A DNA stretch of 64,000 nt from Cenococcum geophilum (taxonomy: Eukaryota), in contig CP158635.1 of assembly GCA_050273025.1 (NCBI GenBank), positions 30,070,001 through 30,134,000 of the forward strand, written 5' to 3'. Positions within the stretch are counted from its first letter, which is position 1. Every line of letters begins with the position of its first letter. The position numbers and the translations under genes were made by a program. The notes beneath the pieces were generated by a model. That model was not told the DNA's origin. It worked only from the letters and a program-made list of their open reading frames with translations, and did not search any database. Positions 24,263 through 36,800 of the stretch are shown here, piece by piece.

Positions 24263-27200
24263 TAGGGTTTATCTCTTAATTACTAGTAAAAGAATTGGAT
24301 TTAGACCTTAGCGGCTTATAGGTATACACTATTTAAAGTATTAAAGGCTATTAGATTCGGTATTATAGGGAGCAGACTTTTCTAGTGGCTAGCTAGGACT
24401 ATAATGGTTAATAAAATATATAGGAGATGCAGAAATTAAGGGGTATAACCTTATTTTGGGATACCTATAGCTTTAATAAGTTAATCCAGATATTAATTAG
24501 CCTTTAGCCTTATATTAACACCAGAAGTCTTAACCGCGTATTATAGTTAAAAATTAAAAGACTTTCTTAAACTATATATAAGAAGAAGGGTGGGTATATG
24601 CTATATATACTACTCTTAACACTATAAATAGGGAAATAGAGTATTTATTTTGGATGTTTAGCTATACGTAGCTAAGGAACTAGAGATTCTATAGGAGTAT
24701 ATAGACTTAAAGGATGTTTTTAATAAAGAGGCCGCATAAACCTTACCTAACTCTATGTTGGTTAAGTATAAAATAGATATAGGGGATAAGTAACCTCCTT
24801 TTAGACCACTATATAACCTATTAAAAAATAAGCTAGCGGTATTACGTTAATATATAGTGGACAATCTTTAGAGAGGATGGATTTGGCCGTCTATAAGTCT
24901 AGTAGGGATACTAATTATATTTGTGCCTAAAAAGGATAAAACCCTATATCTCTATATTAACTATTAGGCGCTTAATAGAATTACTATAAAGAATTACTAC
25001 CCGCTACCCTTAATAGGGGAGCTTATTAACAAACTATTAGGTGTAAAAATATTTATAAAATTAGATCTAAAAAATGCATACTATTAAATCTGGATTAAAG
25101 TCGGCGATAAATAGAAAACGGCGTTCCGAATATAGTACGGCCACTTAAAGTACCTTATAATACTATTTAGGCTTACTAATGCACCGGTAATATTTTAGGC
25201 CTATATTAATAAGGTATTATTAGGCCTGTTAAATATAATATATATAGTCTATCTTAATAATATTATAGTCTACTCTAATAACTATAAAGCATATACGTAC
25301 TATATATAAATAGTATTAAAGAGATTATAGGAATATAAGCTCTAGATAAACCTAAAAAAAATACATATTCTATACTACTAGCATTAATTTTCTAAGCTTT
25401 ATTATTAGCGTTAATAGAGTGTTAATAAAGAAAAGCCGGGTAGACGCTATTAGGGAATAGCCCTACCCTATAATATTTAGAGAAGTATAGGTTTTCTTAG
25501 GCACGGCAAACTTCTACTAAACGTTTATTATTTACTATACGTAAGTAGTATTTCTAATTACTAACCTACTAAAGGGATTTAAGAATAGTAAAAAGATAGG
25601 ACCCTTTATATTTAGGGAAGCTACTAAGTAGGCTATAAACTAGTTAAAAGATTTATTTATATCGGCGCCTATTCTAATATACTTTTGCTAGGAGCTACGT
25701 ATATACCTTAAAACGGATATATCCGGCTTTGCCCTAGAGGCAATTATATCTTAATTAAAAGACGAAGAATAGCATCCTACAGCGTTTTAGTTAAGGAAAA
25801 TAACCCCTATAGAACAGTATTATATAACGTATAACTAGAAGCTACTTATAATAGTTGTAGTAATAAAGCACTAGCGGCATTATTATATAGGAAGCAATTA
25901 TCCTATTAAAGTCCTTATAGACTATAATAACCTAAAATACTTTATAACTATAAAGGTGTTAAGCGGTCAATAAGCTAAATAGGTAGAGGCACTATTATAG
26001 TATAATTTTAAAATTATGTACCACCTAGGAAAGATAAATCCCGCTAATAGGTTATTAAGACGACTAGATTATAAGACTAGAAAAATCTAAGATAGTATAG
26101 GGGAAAGAATCCCTATATTATAAAATTTGCTTAAAAAGAAAAAAAACTCTTTTTCTAAAACTACTAAATTTTATAGTAAGGTAAAGGTCCTAGTAATACA
26201 GCTATAAAGTACTATAATAATAGAGCTGTAGGATATAGTTATAAACTAAGTTATAGACTAGGTAGATATTATAAAGTTAGTATACCCTAGAATTAGCAAG
26301 AATTCTATAGGATATATTAGGGGTATTACGGCACCTTTAACTTAATGGCGTATTAGCTGCAAGTATCTAAATCTAGAGGGGATAGGTAATATACCTATCC
26401 GCAGCATAGCACACTATATAATGGTAGGAGAATCTGCTAGCACTAATGGTTTAAAATATCTTATACTATATTTTATATCTATAATAGCGGCAGGGAAAAT
26501 AAAAGTAAGCAATCTATACGAAACCTTTTTAGATCTTTTTCTTTAAGTATAATAGAGGGACGCCTTTATTTTTAGAGAGAGTTAAAAAGAGGTAGTAGAA
26601 ACCAACTTAGCCGGAGCTACTAAGAAGCTATAGTAGCAAGACTAAAAGGGTCTGTTGCGCTTTAAGGGTGCTATATATATCCTAAAGAACTAAGCGGTTT
26701 AAGATAAAATTTCAAAGATTTTCTATAATAACCCTTTTAGGGGTTACTAAGGTACTAACAGAACCCTTAAGGCCGTTTAAAGGAAATACTTTTAGAACAG
26801 AATGTTTAAAGAGGTTAAGGACTATATATTAAGATATAATACGTGCTAAAGGGTATAGATATTAAGGCATCGCCTATATAGTAAGTTATCAGTGCTTCTT
26901 ATTCCGTAGGGACCTATATTAGAATTAATAATAGATTTTATTATAGGCTTACCCCTTACTAAAATAAAAACTAAAGAGGTTGCCAATACTATTTTAGTAA
27001 TCATTAATAGATATACAAAGTTTTTAGGGTACTTTACTATTATAATAATAATTACAGTAGTAGAACTAGTAGACCTGTTTTAGAACGGTAGCTCTTATTT
27101 AGTACGCTAGGGGGAATTATATCTAATAGAGGTACTGTATTTAATAGTGCATTTTAGTCTTTAGTCTATCTTTTATTAAAGATATAGTAAAGGATAAGTA

Positions 27201-28231
27201 CTACCTTTTACCTATAAACAGTCGGGTAAACAGAGCATCTAAATGCGTTATTAGAACACTACCTCCGCTGCTATATTAATTATTAATAGAATAATTAGAT
27301 ATTATAGTTAGCTTTAGCGTAACATATATACAATATAAGCATCTATAGTAGTATAAAAATAACCCCTTATAAAGCACTGTTTGGAGTAAAAGTAAATAAC
27401 CCTTAGAATATTAAGGATATCGTTTCTAAAAGGGAGGCACTAGTAGCGTCTAAGAGAATTAAGTAAATAAGAATTTGTAGAGAAGAACTTAAGAAGCATT
27501 TACTAGACGCCAAGGCCGTATAAAAAAGGTACTATAACGAAAAATATATACTAAAAGAATTTAAGATAGGAGATAAAGTCTTATTATCTATAAAAATATC
27601 TAAATAAAACGTATTAAGAAGAAGCTAGATTACTAGTAGCTTAAACCTTTTAAAATAGTTAGGAAAACTAAAGGAAATTAAGCCTACGAATTAGAATTAC
27701 TAAAATTATATCTAATATATCCTATATTTTATATTTCCTTACTAAAGCTATACTAGAGAAGAGATAGTGCGGAACCGCCCCTACCTAGCGAAATTAATAG
27801 GGAACTAGAATAGAATATAGAAGATATTCTAGACTAAAGATGGCGTTAGAAGAAACGCGAATTTTTAGTTTATTAGAAAAGATACTTTTAGGCGTATAAT
27901 AGTTAGGAACCTAAAAAGTACCTTTAGCTAGGATATAACACGGCAATTAAAACCTTTCTAAAGACTAAAATATGTTATAGTACTGCAATGAAGTAGATTA
28001 AATAACTACGTTATAGTATAAAGAGGAGAAGAAGGTAAAAGGGGGTATTGTATATAAATAGTAGGGCCAGCCGCTAAGGCGCTAGTAGTGGGCCAGCTAA
28101 TAGTAGGAAATAGTACGAGACGGTATAAAATAGTATGCGTTAGGTTAGTGCCGTAATAGTACTCCCCTCCTTAAAAGGGTTGGTCCCTAAACCGAATAAA
28201 TAACTTATTTTTGCTGTAAATATATTACTTT

Positions 28232-28397
28232 TGCTTACCGCTTTTAACCAAGCTAATAGTAATTTTCTATACCGGGTATGGAAAATCCTAATTGGTTAGT
28301 TTAACGAATAGAGTTAATAGAACTCTATACCGCTACTATATAGCGCTTTTTAGCAAAAAACTAACTAATTAGATAACTTTAACCGGCGGTTAAAGTT
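28232..28397. promoter_or_regulatory. Palindromic cis-module (copy 2) in the E 3' UTR
   Basis: Contains ctaatagtaattttctataccgggtatggaaaatcctaattgg and the identical 23-bp palindrome at 28375-28397. Confidence 0.5.
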
Positions 28398-31300
28398 CTG
28401 TAAGATCTTAACCACTATAAATTATCTTTATGGTTAGCTACGGTTTTAGTATAACTCTTTTTTATCTTATACCTAGTTTGGGGGTCCTAGCTTTTTAGGG
28501 TATTATTTATAAAACTTTAGTAGTGCGCGCTCGCACCCTTTTAGGGATTTCTTGAGTTCCTAGGTTTTCTTATTATAATACTTCTACTTAATATAATATG
28601 TTAAGCCGTGCTTGTCTATTTATTTATTATATATATTAAGAATCTTTTTAAATTCCTACTTATCCGTAATATTGCTGTTATTATTCCTTTTAGCTATCCT
28701 GCCTATAATATTACGACATTCCTTTTTATTAATATGTGCTTAACTAGAGATCTCTTTAGGGAACTAGAGGCGGACTTTTAAAGTATAGAAAGATTTATTA
28801 ACACGGATATAGTCTAGGAGGTTAACTATAACTATTTCTCTATAGGTAGCTAAGATGGGTTAGGGTCCGTTCTAGTTATTATCCCACTTCCTTTTAGGCC
28901 AGTCGGTCTTTATATTTTTAAGGCTAACTATAACTATATTATCCTTTTTAAATATTATACCTTTGTCTCGTTTTATATTAGCGTTATCTTTATAGCGTTG
29001 CTAGAAGATATAAGCTAGGGCTTTAAGCTAGGTTAAGATGCGCTTAGAGCGGTTAGCAATAGTATTAGCTTATAGGTACTCCTTCTTTATATATATAGAT
29101 AGGGCTAATAGCTAGGGGCCTACTAGTTTAATACCTAGACGTGGGTTATAGCTATAGTTAGCAAAAAAACAGTAAGATTCCCGTAGTTTTATTAACCTAG
29201 TTATTTATAGTAAACTCGGTAAGGGGGAGCTAATCTACTTAGTTGTCTTAGGTAAAGCTTATAAAGGCGCGTAGGTACTTATTTATTGCTGTATTAACAA
29301 TTTTAGTTTAACTATTTATTTTAGGGTGCTATGCGGAGCTAGGGCTTAGGGTTACCTTTAGGCGCTAGTTTAAGCGACGCTAGAAGTTAAAAACAAATAA
29401 AGAGCCTTTATTAAAAACGATGGTATTTAAAGCGCTATATAACTTATAAATAGTATAGATAAATGCTTTAACGAGCTCTTTAGTATTTAGGCTAGTAATA
29501 GGAATAAAGTATCTTATTTTTATTAGGCGGTCAACAATAATAAAGATATATTTATATGTTTTGCCATTATAAAGGCACTTAGGCAGGTTAACGATATAGT
29601 TAATAGAGATATTGGTTTATAGGCGGACTAGTAGTTCTAGTAGTTTTAGAAAACTAGGTGGTACTAAGCGTAGGGCTTTTATACGGAAGTAAAGAGCGCA
29701 GTCTCTTATAAAGGTAGCCGTAAACTATAAAATACCTAGCTATTAATACGTTTAATTAAAGAGGTTTAGTGTCTTAACGCGGCTTGGGTAACCCGTAGGG
29801 CCTAAACTATATATACGGTGTATAACTTCTAGTTAGAGTTTAGGTAAATTAGGGACAAATACTCAATTTCTATAGTAGATTAGGCCGTTAATAATTAAAT
29901 AATTGGATTTGTTATAGCGGAGCAGCTTTCTAATCTGCTTAGGCTAACAGCGTACTTTATAGTCTTCCCGTTTGCGTAGTGTAGCTAATATATTCCTAAC
30001 GAGCTTATTCTCTATATAGGCATTCTTAATAAGCTCCTTAAGGGTTTTTTTTCTTAGGCTTTAGGTCTATTACTACAATAAAGTCTTTAATATTCTAGTC
30101 TTGGGATTCGCTTAGTAGCTCTTCTAGGATAGTAGGGTTAACTTTCTTTAGTAGTAAGATAACGCGGTCTTGGTATTGTAGGCGTTTATTATTAGTATTA
30201 GCAGGTATAACGCCTAGGAGGCGGCGAAGAGCGTCCGGGATTATGGCTTTAGTGTTAGGCCTATAGGTAATAATAAAGTTAAATTGGGAAAGGAACTTAG
30301 CCTAGCGGACTTAGTGCTAGTTTAATTATTTTATAAAGGTCTAGAGGTTCTTATAGTCCGTAATAATTTTAAACAGCTGCTTAGTTCCTTATAGTTTAGG
30401 GCGCTATTTTTTTAGTGCCTTAATAATTACTAGGAGCTCCTTATTGTATATTTTATAGTTATATTTAGGGGCTAAGTGCTTAATAGAGAAGAATATAACT
30501 AGCTTAAGCTTATTACTTTTATTAGCTTAATAGAACACTTTACTTAAAGCCTAGTTTAAGGCGTCTGTCTTTACTATAGTCTTCTTTATATAGTTGTAAT
30601 ACGCTAGGACCGGTACTATAGTAAACGCTATTTTTAGGGTCTAGAACGCCTGTATTTGGTTAGGGCCCTATAACTAGCTAATGCTCTTCTTTAGTAGCCT
30701 AGTTATAGGCTTAACTACCTTAAAGTAGCCTTAGATAAATTATCGGTAGAAGTTCGCGAAGCTAAGAAATTACTATAGTTTCTTAACTAATGTTGGGTCC
30801 TTTTATTCCTATAAGGCCTGCACCTTTTTAGGGTCTATAGTTATGCCGTTAGTTAAGATAATTAAGCTAAGATATTTTGTTTTAGTAGCATGAAACTTAG
30901 ACTTATTAATATTAATTTAGAGTCTAGCATTACTAAGTCTCTGGATAATTTTATTTATATATTTTGTGTGCTTAACACGTGTTTTTAAGAAAATAAGGAC
31001 ATTATTAAGATACGCAGTATAGTAGTTGTTAAGGGCGTTATATAGAATATAGTTAATATAGTTTTAAAATATAGCGGGTGCGTTATAGAGACTAAATGGT
31101 ATAACTAATATTTTATAGAGCCTAAACTGGGTAATAAATGCTATAAGCTACTTATAGCCTTCCGTAATCCAGATCTAGTTAAACGCAGCAATTATATTAA
31201 GCTTAATAAAGTATTTGGCACTATAGAGTGCGTTAAGTATCTTATGGACTAGTAGGAATAGATACTAATTCTTAATAGTAACTATATTTAGGCCTTAGTA

Positions 31301-33865
31301 GTTATAGTAGATTTATATACCGCCGCCAGGTTTTATAGCAAGAAGGAGTAGTATAGTAGCTAGTAAGGTTAATTTGCGGATAAAACCCTTATCCAGTATC
31401 TTGTTAATCTACTTCTTTATATAACTAAGTTTAGTAGGTAAGAGTGGTCTATTTTTATAATATAGGGCCTACTTTCTGGGTATAATCTTAATTTTATAGT
31501 CCTATAGTTGGTAAGGGGGTAGCTTATCTACGTTTTTAGAGAGGAAGTGTTTAATATATTCGCGAAACTTTTTTAGTAAGCGTTATATAATATCTTCGCG
31601 GGTTAATCCTAGTTTACCTTTTAGAATTTTTTTAATATTAGTATTAACTATCTTTTAGCGTAGAAACTCAGACTTTATTTTTAGGTTTATCTTAAGGAAG
31701 TTATAAAAATAAGGGGGTAGCGCTTTACGGGCTTCGTTTATTATATAGTCGCCTTTTACTAGCTAGTAGAAAGACCTTTTTAATAGGTTTAGTACTTCTA
31801 TTAGGCCTATAGGCAGCCCCCTAAACAGCTATTAATGCTCTTCTTATTTAACTAGTTCTACTAGCTCTGCTATATAGATCCTTATTACCTTTATATCTTT
31901 TTATTTATAGAACTGGGTAAAATTAATAATATAAGTATATCTAATATTGTCTAGGTTAGGGCGTGTTTAGTTCTCCGGTGCTATAGCTAGGCTAGTATAG
32001 CTTAGTCGGCCTAGGGGGGGCGGAAACAAGGCGGTAGCCTTATATAGTACGCGCGGGAGATAGGTATAAGGTTAGGCGTTATAAGGGGGAGGTTTTAATT
32101 GCTCTGGTTTTAGTCTTAGCTATAACGCCCTTAGCTATTATATGTGCGGTTATATATGCGTATAGTAAATAACTTAAGGTGAGGTGTCTTGTTAGTTAAC
32201 TTAGGTTAAGTAGGTATATATAGGGGACTTATAGTTCTAGCAGTATTTATTTTTTAGGGGATAGGGTAGTAGTCTAGTCTTCTAGAATCTCTGCTTAGTT
32301 TACTGCGTATATTAGCTTACTAGTATTAGGCACCTCTTTTACTATTAGCTAATGGTATCTAAGCGTTAGCCGTGCGATGCGTCCGTATAGTGCTACTTGG
32401 TTATAGTTAGGAATATGCTATAGAAGATAGTTATAGGCATAGTAATTAGAGTTAAACTTAAGCTCTAGGGCGGGGAAGTTTACCCTTAGGTTATACTTTT
32501 TAAGCTAGGGTATTCTAAGAATTACTAGTATAGAGGGTAATAACTTTATAATGTAAAAGAGTATAGATTCTATATAGTAGCTAATTGTTATTATTGCTAT
32601 AAAGTAGTGGGTAATAAACCCAGATGGGAGTTTATTAGTAAGGCGGAGTGGTTTTAGAACTAGGAGTCTTTTTATTATAATATTGTGCTTTTTTATAAGC
32701 GAGTCTTTATCTATAAACGCTAGTGCTATACTACTAGTGTTAATAAGGCTTACTGTTTTAATAAGAACTTATAAGAGTGGGTTACGTAGTAAGGAGAGGT
32801 AGGTCTAAATAAGGATGGTATTCCTATCGCTATTTACTATTCTAAGGTTAAGTAGTAGCTGGCTTAGAATAAGGTTTAACTAATTTAGTAGAATAGATCT
32901 AATCCTTTTATCCTCCTCCCCGTATAGTTTTAACCCTTAAAGGCGACTTAGTCTAAGGGTTGGCCTTTTAATAGCTAAATTATAGGGCTTAGCTAGTAGC
33001 TGTGGTCTTAGCTAGTATATCCTAATATATTAGTCTCTAATAGTATATATATGCTAGAGGGTACTTTACTAATAATATAGCCGGTTTTATAATTAGTAGT
33101 AGTATAAAGTATTTATCCGTAGTTTGCGTATAGAACTATTAGCTAAGGCTATATTAGGGAAGGGAATTATAGGGGTAGGTCTTTATATCTAAACCTATAT
33201 CCTTATCTATAGTTACCGCCTTAATTACTATCCCCTCTATTAAAGAATCCGCTGTGGCTAGGAGGGGGTTAGCGTAGTAGCATTAGAAGGGGATTTAGGT
33301 TTTTTTAAGGGTTATAAGCATCTTTTTAGTAGCTAGGTTAACTATACACTATATAGAGTCTGTTATTTATATAATATCTTTAGATTTTATTAGGGAGACT
33401 ATTACTACCGTTACTAAACTTAACAGCGTTAAGGTTTATTAGGTTATTCTATAATAATATAGGTTAATAGCCGCTAGCGGTACTTAGCTTAGTAGTGTTT
33501 AGCTTAATATAGTGGGCATAGTTCTGTAGGTTATAAGCGAATATATCTATCTACTTACTCTAGCCTTTATAGTTAGTATCGCCGATTTTATAGTTAAGGG
33601 TAAGGGCTAAGTCCTTTATCTTAGAGGAAATATTTTTTTTAAGTAGATCTACTTTTTGTTTCTTAGTCTTGTTTGCTTTAATTATTAACTTATTAAGCTC
33701 TACTTTTTAGGACTAGTAGTTATACTCGCCCTAGCTTAAGGTCTTTAGCTTATTTTTAGCTGCTTAGGTTATATCTATAGTTTATAGTACTTCCTTATAT
33801 ATATAAATATAGACTCTTATATTAGGAAAAGTATATAGCCTCCTATTAGTTTTATTGGGCCCTAG

Positions 33866-36800
33866 TGTAACGGAACCTTATAGCAGGTACTACAATGGGC
33901 TTATTATTGGGCTAGGTATATAGGTAATGCAAATTAAAGTCAACAACGTAATAATAACTGGTGGAGTAGTTGCCTAATAGATTAACTCTAATTGTATTCT
34001 GAGAATTACTACAAGGAAAGAACTATCTAGAGTAGGGACTGTAGTCCTTTAAATATATAACCGTACTCCTAGTAAACCTTCCTTATACGTAAGGTACGTG
34101 TACTTTATCTACTCTATTGCGGATTATATAGATTATATAGATTATATAGATTATATTATATAACTTGGTTATTATTTCTCGTTATATAGTTTTACCGGTT
34201 CCATTCTAGACCGTACCTATATTAACTAACTAGCTTCTTCTAACTCCTCTCTAAGTAGTCGTAATATTATACTTAAAGCGTCCGTAATACTATCTCCCTT
34301 CTCTTTATCTTCGTCCTTAAAGATTCTAAATATCTCTAAGTTGTTTACTAGAGGTGTAATATCTATCTAATTAATTTAGTTAATATTATTGCTTATTATA
34401 CCTAAAGTAATTTCTCTTTCTTCCATAGCTTAACGTGCTCGCACTATTGCTGCTATACTATTGCTAGGTAAAATAATACCGTCTCCGTGTTCTCGTTGTG
34501 CAAAAGAGGGGTTAGTTTGCGTTACGCTAGCAAGTCCTTTATCTTAGCAACCCTCCTTTTATTTAAAGTGCACTAAAGTAAATATTTGTTTATCTTGTGA
34601 TATTTACTCTATTTCTAACGCGAAGTATATATATCCTATAATTCTTAACAGTTTACGAGTTCCCTAAGTAATTTATTATAGGGTCTTATATTTAATCTAC
34701 TGCTATAAAGCTTAACGGTAAGCTCTTAAGCGCCCTTAATAAATTATATTAATTATAAGAGGCAGAACAAAAGGCTGTGGCTGCTTAATAGCGTGCCCTT
34801 AGGACTTGTCTTCTAGCCTCTGCTTATCTCCTATATCTTAAACGGGTTTATAAAAAGGTTCGTTTTAAGGAGTAGAAGCTTATAAAATAAGGTCTATAGG
34901 AACTTAGTAATAAAAGAACTAACTCTCTTCCTATAAAGGGAATAACTCTAAGTAGTTCAGCAGTCGCTCTTCCTAGGTCCCCCTTAGGTGACTTATTCTT
35001 TAGCAATCCTTCTTTATTAATATTACCTAACCTATTCTCTTCTAATACTTCTATACCTTTCCTATAGCGTTCTTAAAATTTTCTAGTAGCTCCTAGGTAG
35101 TCTTGTTATAGCCTATCTACTTTACCTTGTACTATATTTTATTATCAACTTCTTTATAACTAACGATCTTTAAAACTTACTATTCGTCTTTTTTTTATCC
35201 TCTATATATGTCTGCCTCGTAGACTAGTAACTTAATATTTCCGTATACTAGTTCTAGCATCGCAATATGCTATATAAGGTAGATTTTTATCTTAACTGGT
35301 AGGTTTAACTTAAATATAACCAGTAAAATCCTCTATATAATTTTAAAAGGTCCTAGTTTAACATAGTTTAATTTCTTACTTAGTCGTTAATTTTTAAAAT
35401 TTTTGTATAGTAGCTATACTTTATCTCCCTCCTTAAGATCTAGTCCCTTAGATCTCTTAGCGTTATAGTACTTTTTTATTCTCTGCTATACTACTTTAGC
35501 TGTTTCCGTAAAGTTCTTATAAAGATTTATTAACGTCTCTATCCTTTATTTAGCTGTGCTACTTATCTTCTTTACTTAACGTGGCGATAACAATGTTCTT
35601 AGTTTATATCTATAATTCGCCTTAAATAGTAACGTACTTATTCTTTCTTATAGTATTATATTATATGCGAACTATATAACTAGTAATAATAATACTTAAT
35701 TATTCTATACGTGATTAATATAGTATTTTAGATACTGCTCTAGTATCTAATTTAATCTTTCCGTTTAACTATCTGTCTGCGGATAATATGCGGTAAAAGT
35801 TGCTACTCTAACTCCTTGCTCCGCTAAGAATACCTCCTAAAATGCTGCTATAAATCTTAGATCTCTGTCCAATATAATCTTACTTAGTACTCTATATCTT
35901 ACGAACACTTCCTTAATATAGATTCTAGCGATATCTTCTACTAATATTTCTTCTATATACGCTATAAAGTATCCCTACTTTATAAGCTTATCTACTATTA
36001 CTAAAATCGTATTATAATCTTATCCGGTAATAGGATCTCTTAATTTTAGTAACTTTATAATAAAGTCCTATAATATAACCTCCTATAGTCTTCCTGGTAT
36101 TTTAATAGGTTGTAGCTCTCCATATAGCTTATGCCTTATTAGTTTATTTCTCTAGCAATCTAAACATTCTCTTATAACCTTTTATGCTAGGTTTTAGATT
36201 TTATCTATAATATACTCCTCCTAGAGTCTTAACATTAAGCCTATAGCTCCATTATGTCCTTAAGTTAGTCCCTTATAGAAATCTTCCATAAAGTACTCTA
36301 CTATGCTTCTTGGGATAAACTTTACTTCTCTATATTTATATAATATTTCTTCTCCTAGATGTTTTAACTGTTCCTCTAGTTATACCTTAAAGATTCTTTG
36401 TGCCTAAAAGCTTTTTAGTAACTTATAAACTCTATTTAACTCTTCTTAAGTTACTATAATTTTTGGATAATTATACCTAATTAACCTATCTGTATCTTTT
36501 TGTAGTAAAGCCCCTAATGGCTTCTTATTATTTTATAGTTTAGCCTTTTTACTTAGAGTATCTGCTTATATATTATCTGTACCCTTAGTATACTAAATCT
36601 TAAAATGGTATTCTATAAGCATCTCTGCCCATTTAACCTATCTTTAGTTAAGTTCCTTTATTATTAAGAATCCTATTAGGTTCTTATAATCTATCTTAAC
36701 TATAAATAGTTTCTCTATACCTTATAAGAATACTCTCTATTCCTTTAGTGCTATAACTATACCTAGTAACTCCTTGTTATAGATATTATAGTTTAACTCT

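Larger units (their letters stand above)
14388..27972 (+). mobile_element. Ty3/gypsy chromovirus family D (gag-pol), host of A1, the LINE and E; no LTR seen in the window
   Basis: The gag frame runs across the A1 TSD (..ATA AC|G TTA GAA AAA CCT). De-RIP knuckle CYNCGQKGHIKRFC (~23320-23365). Protease CLIDS (~23523) resumes FISQLLVKEL at 24268. RT VYL(DD)II (~25246). Integrase ~26700-27400. Chromodomain ~27800-27960. Confidence 0.88.
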
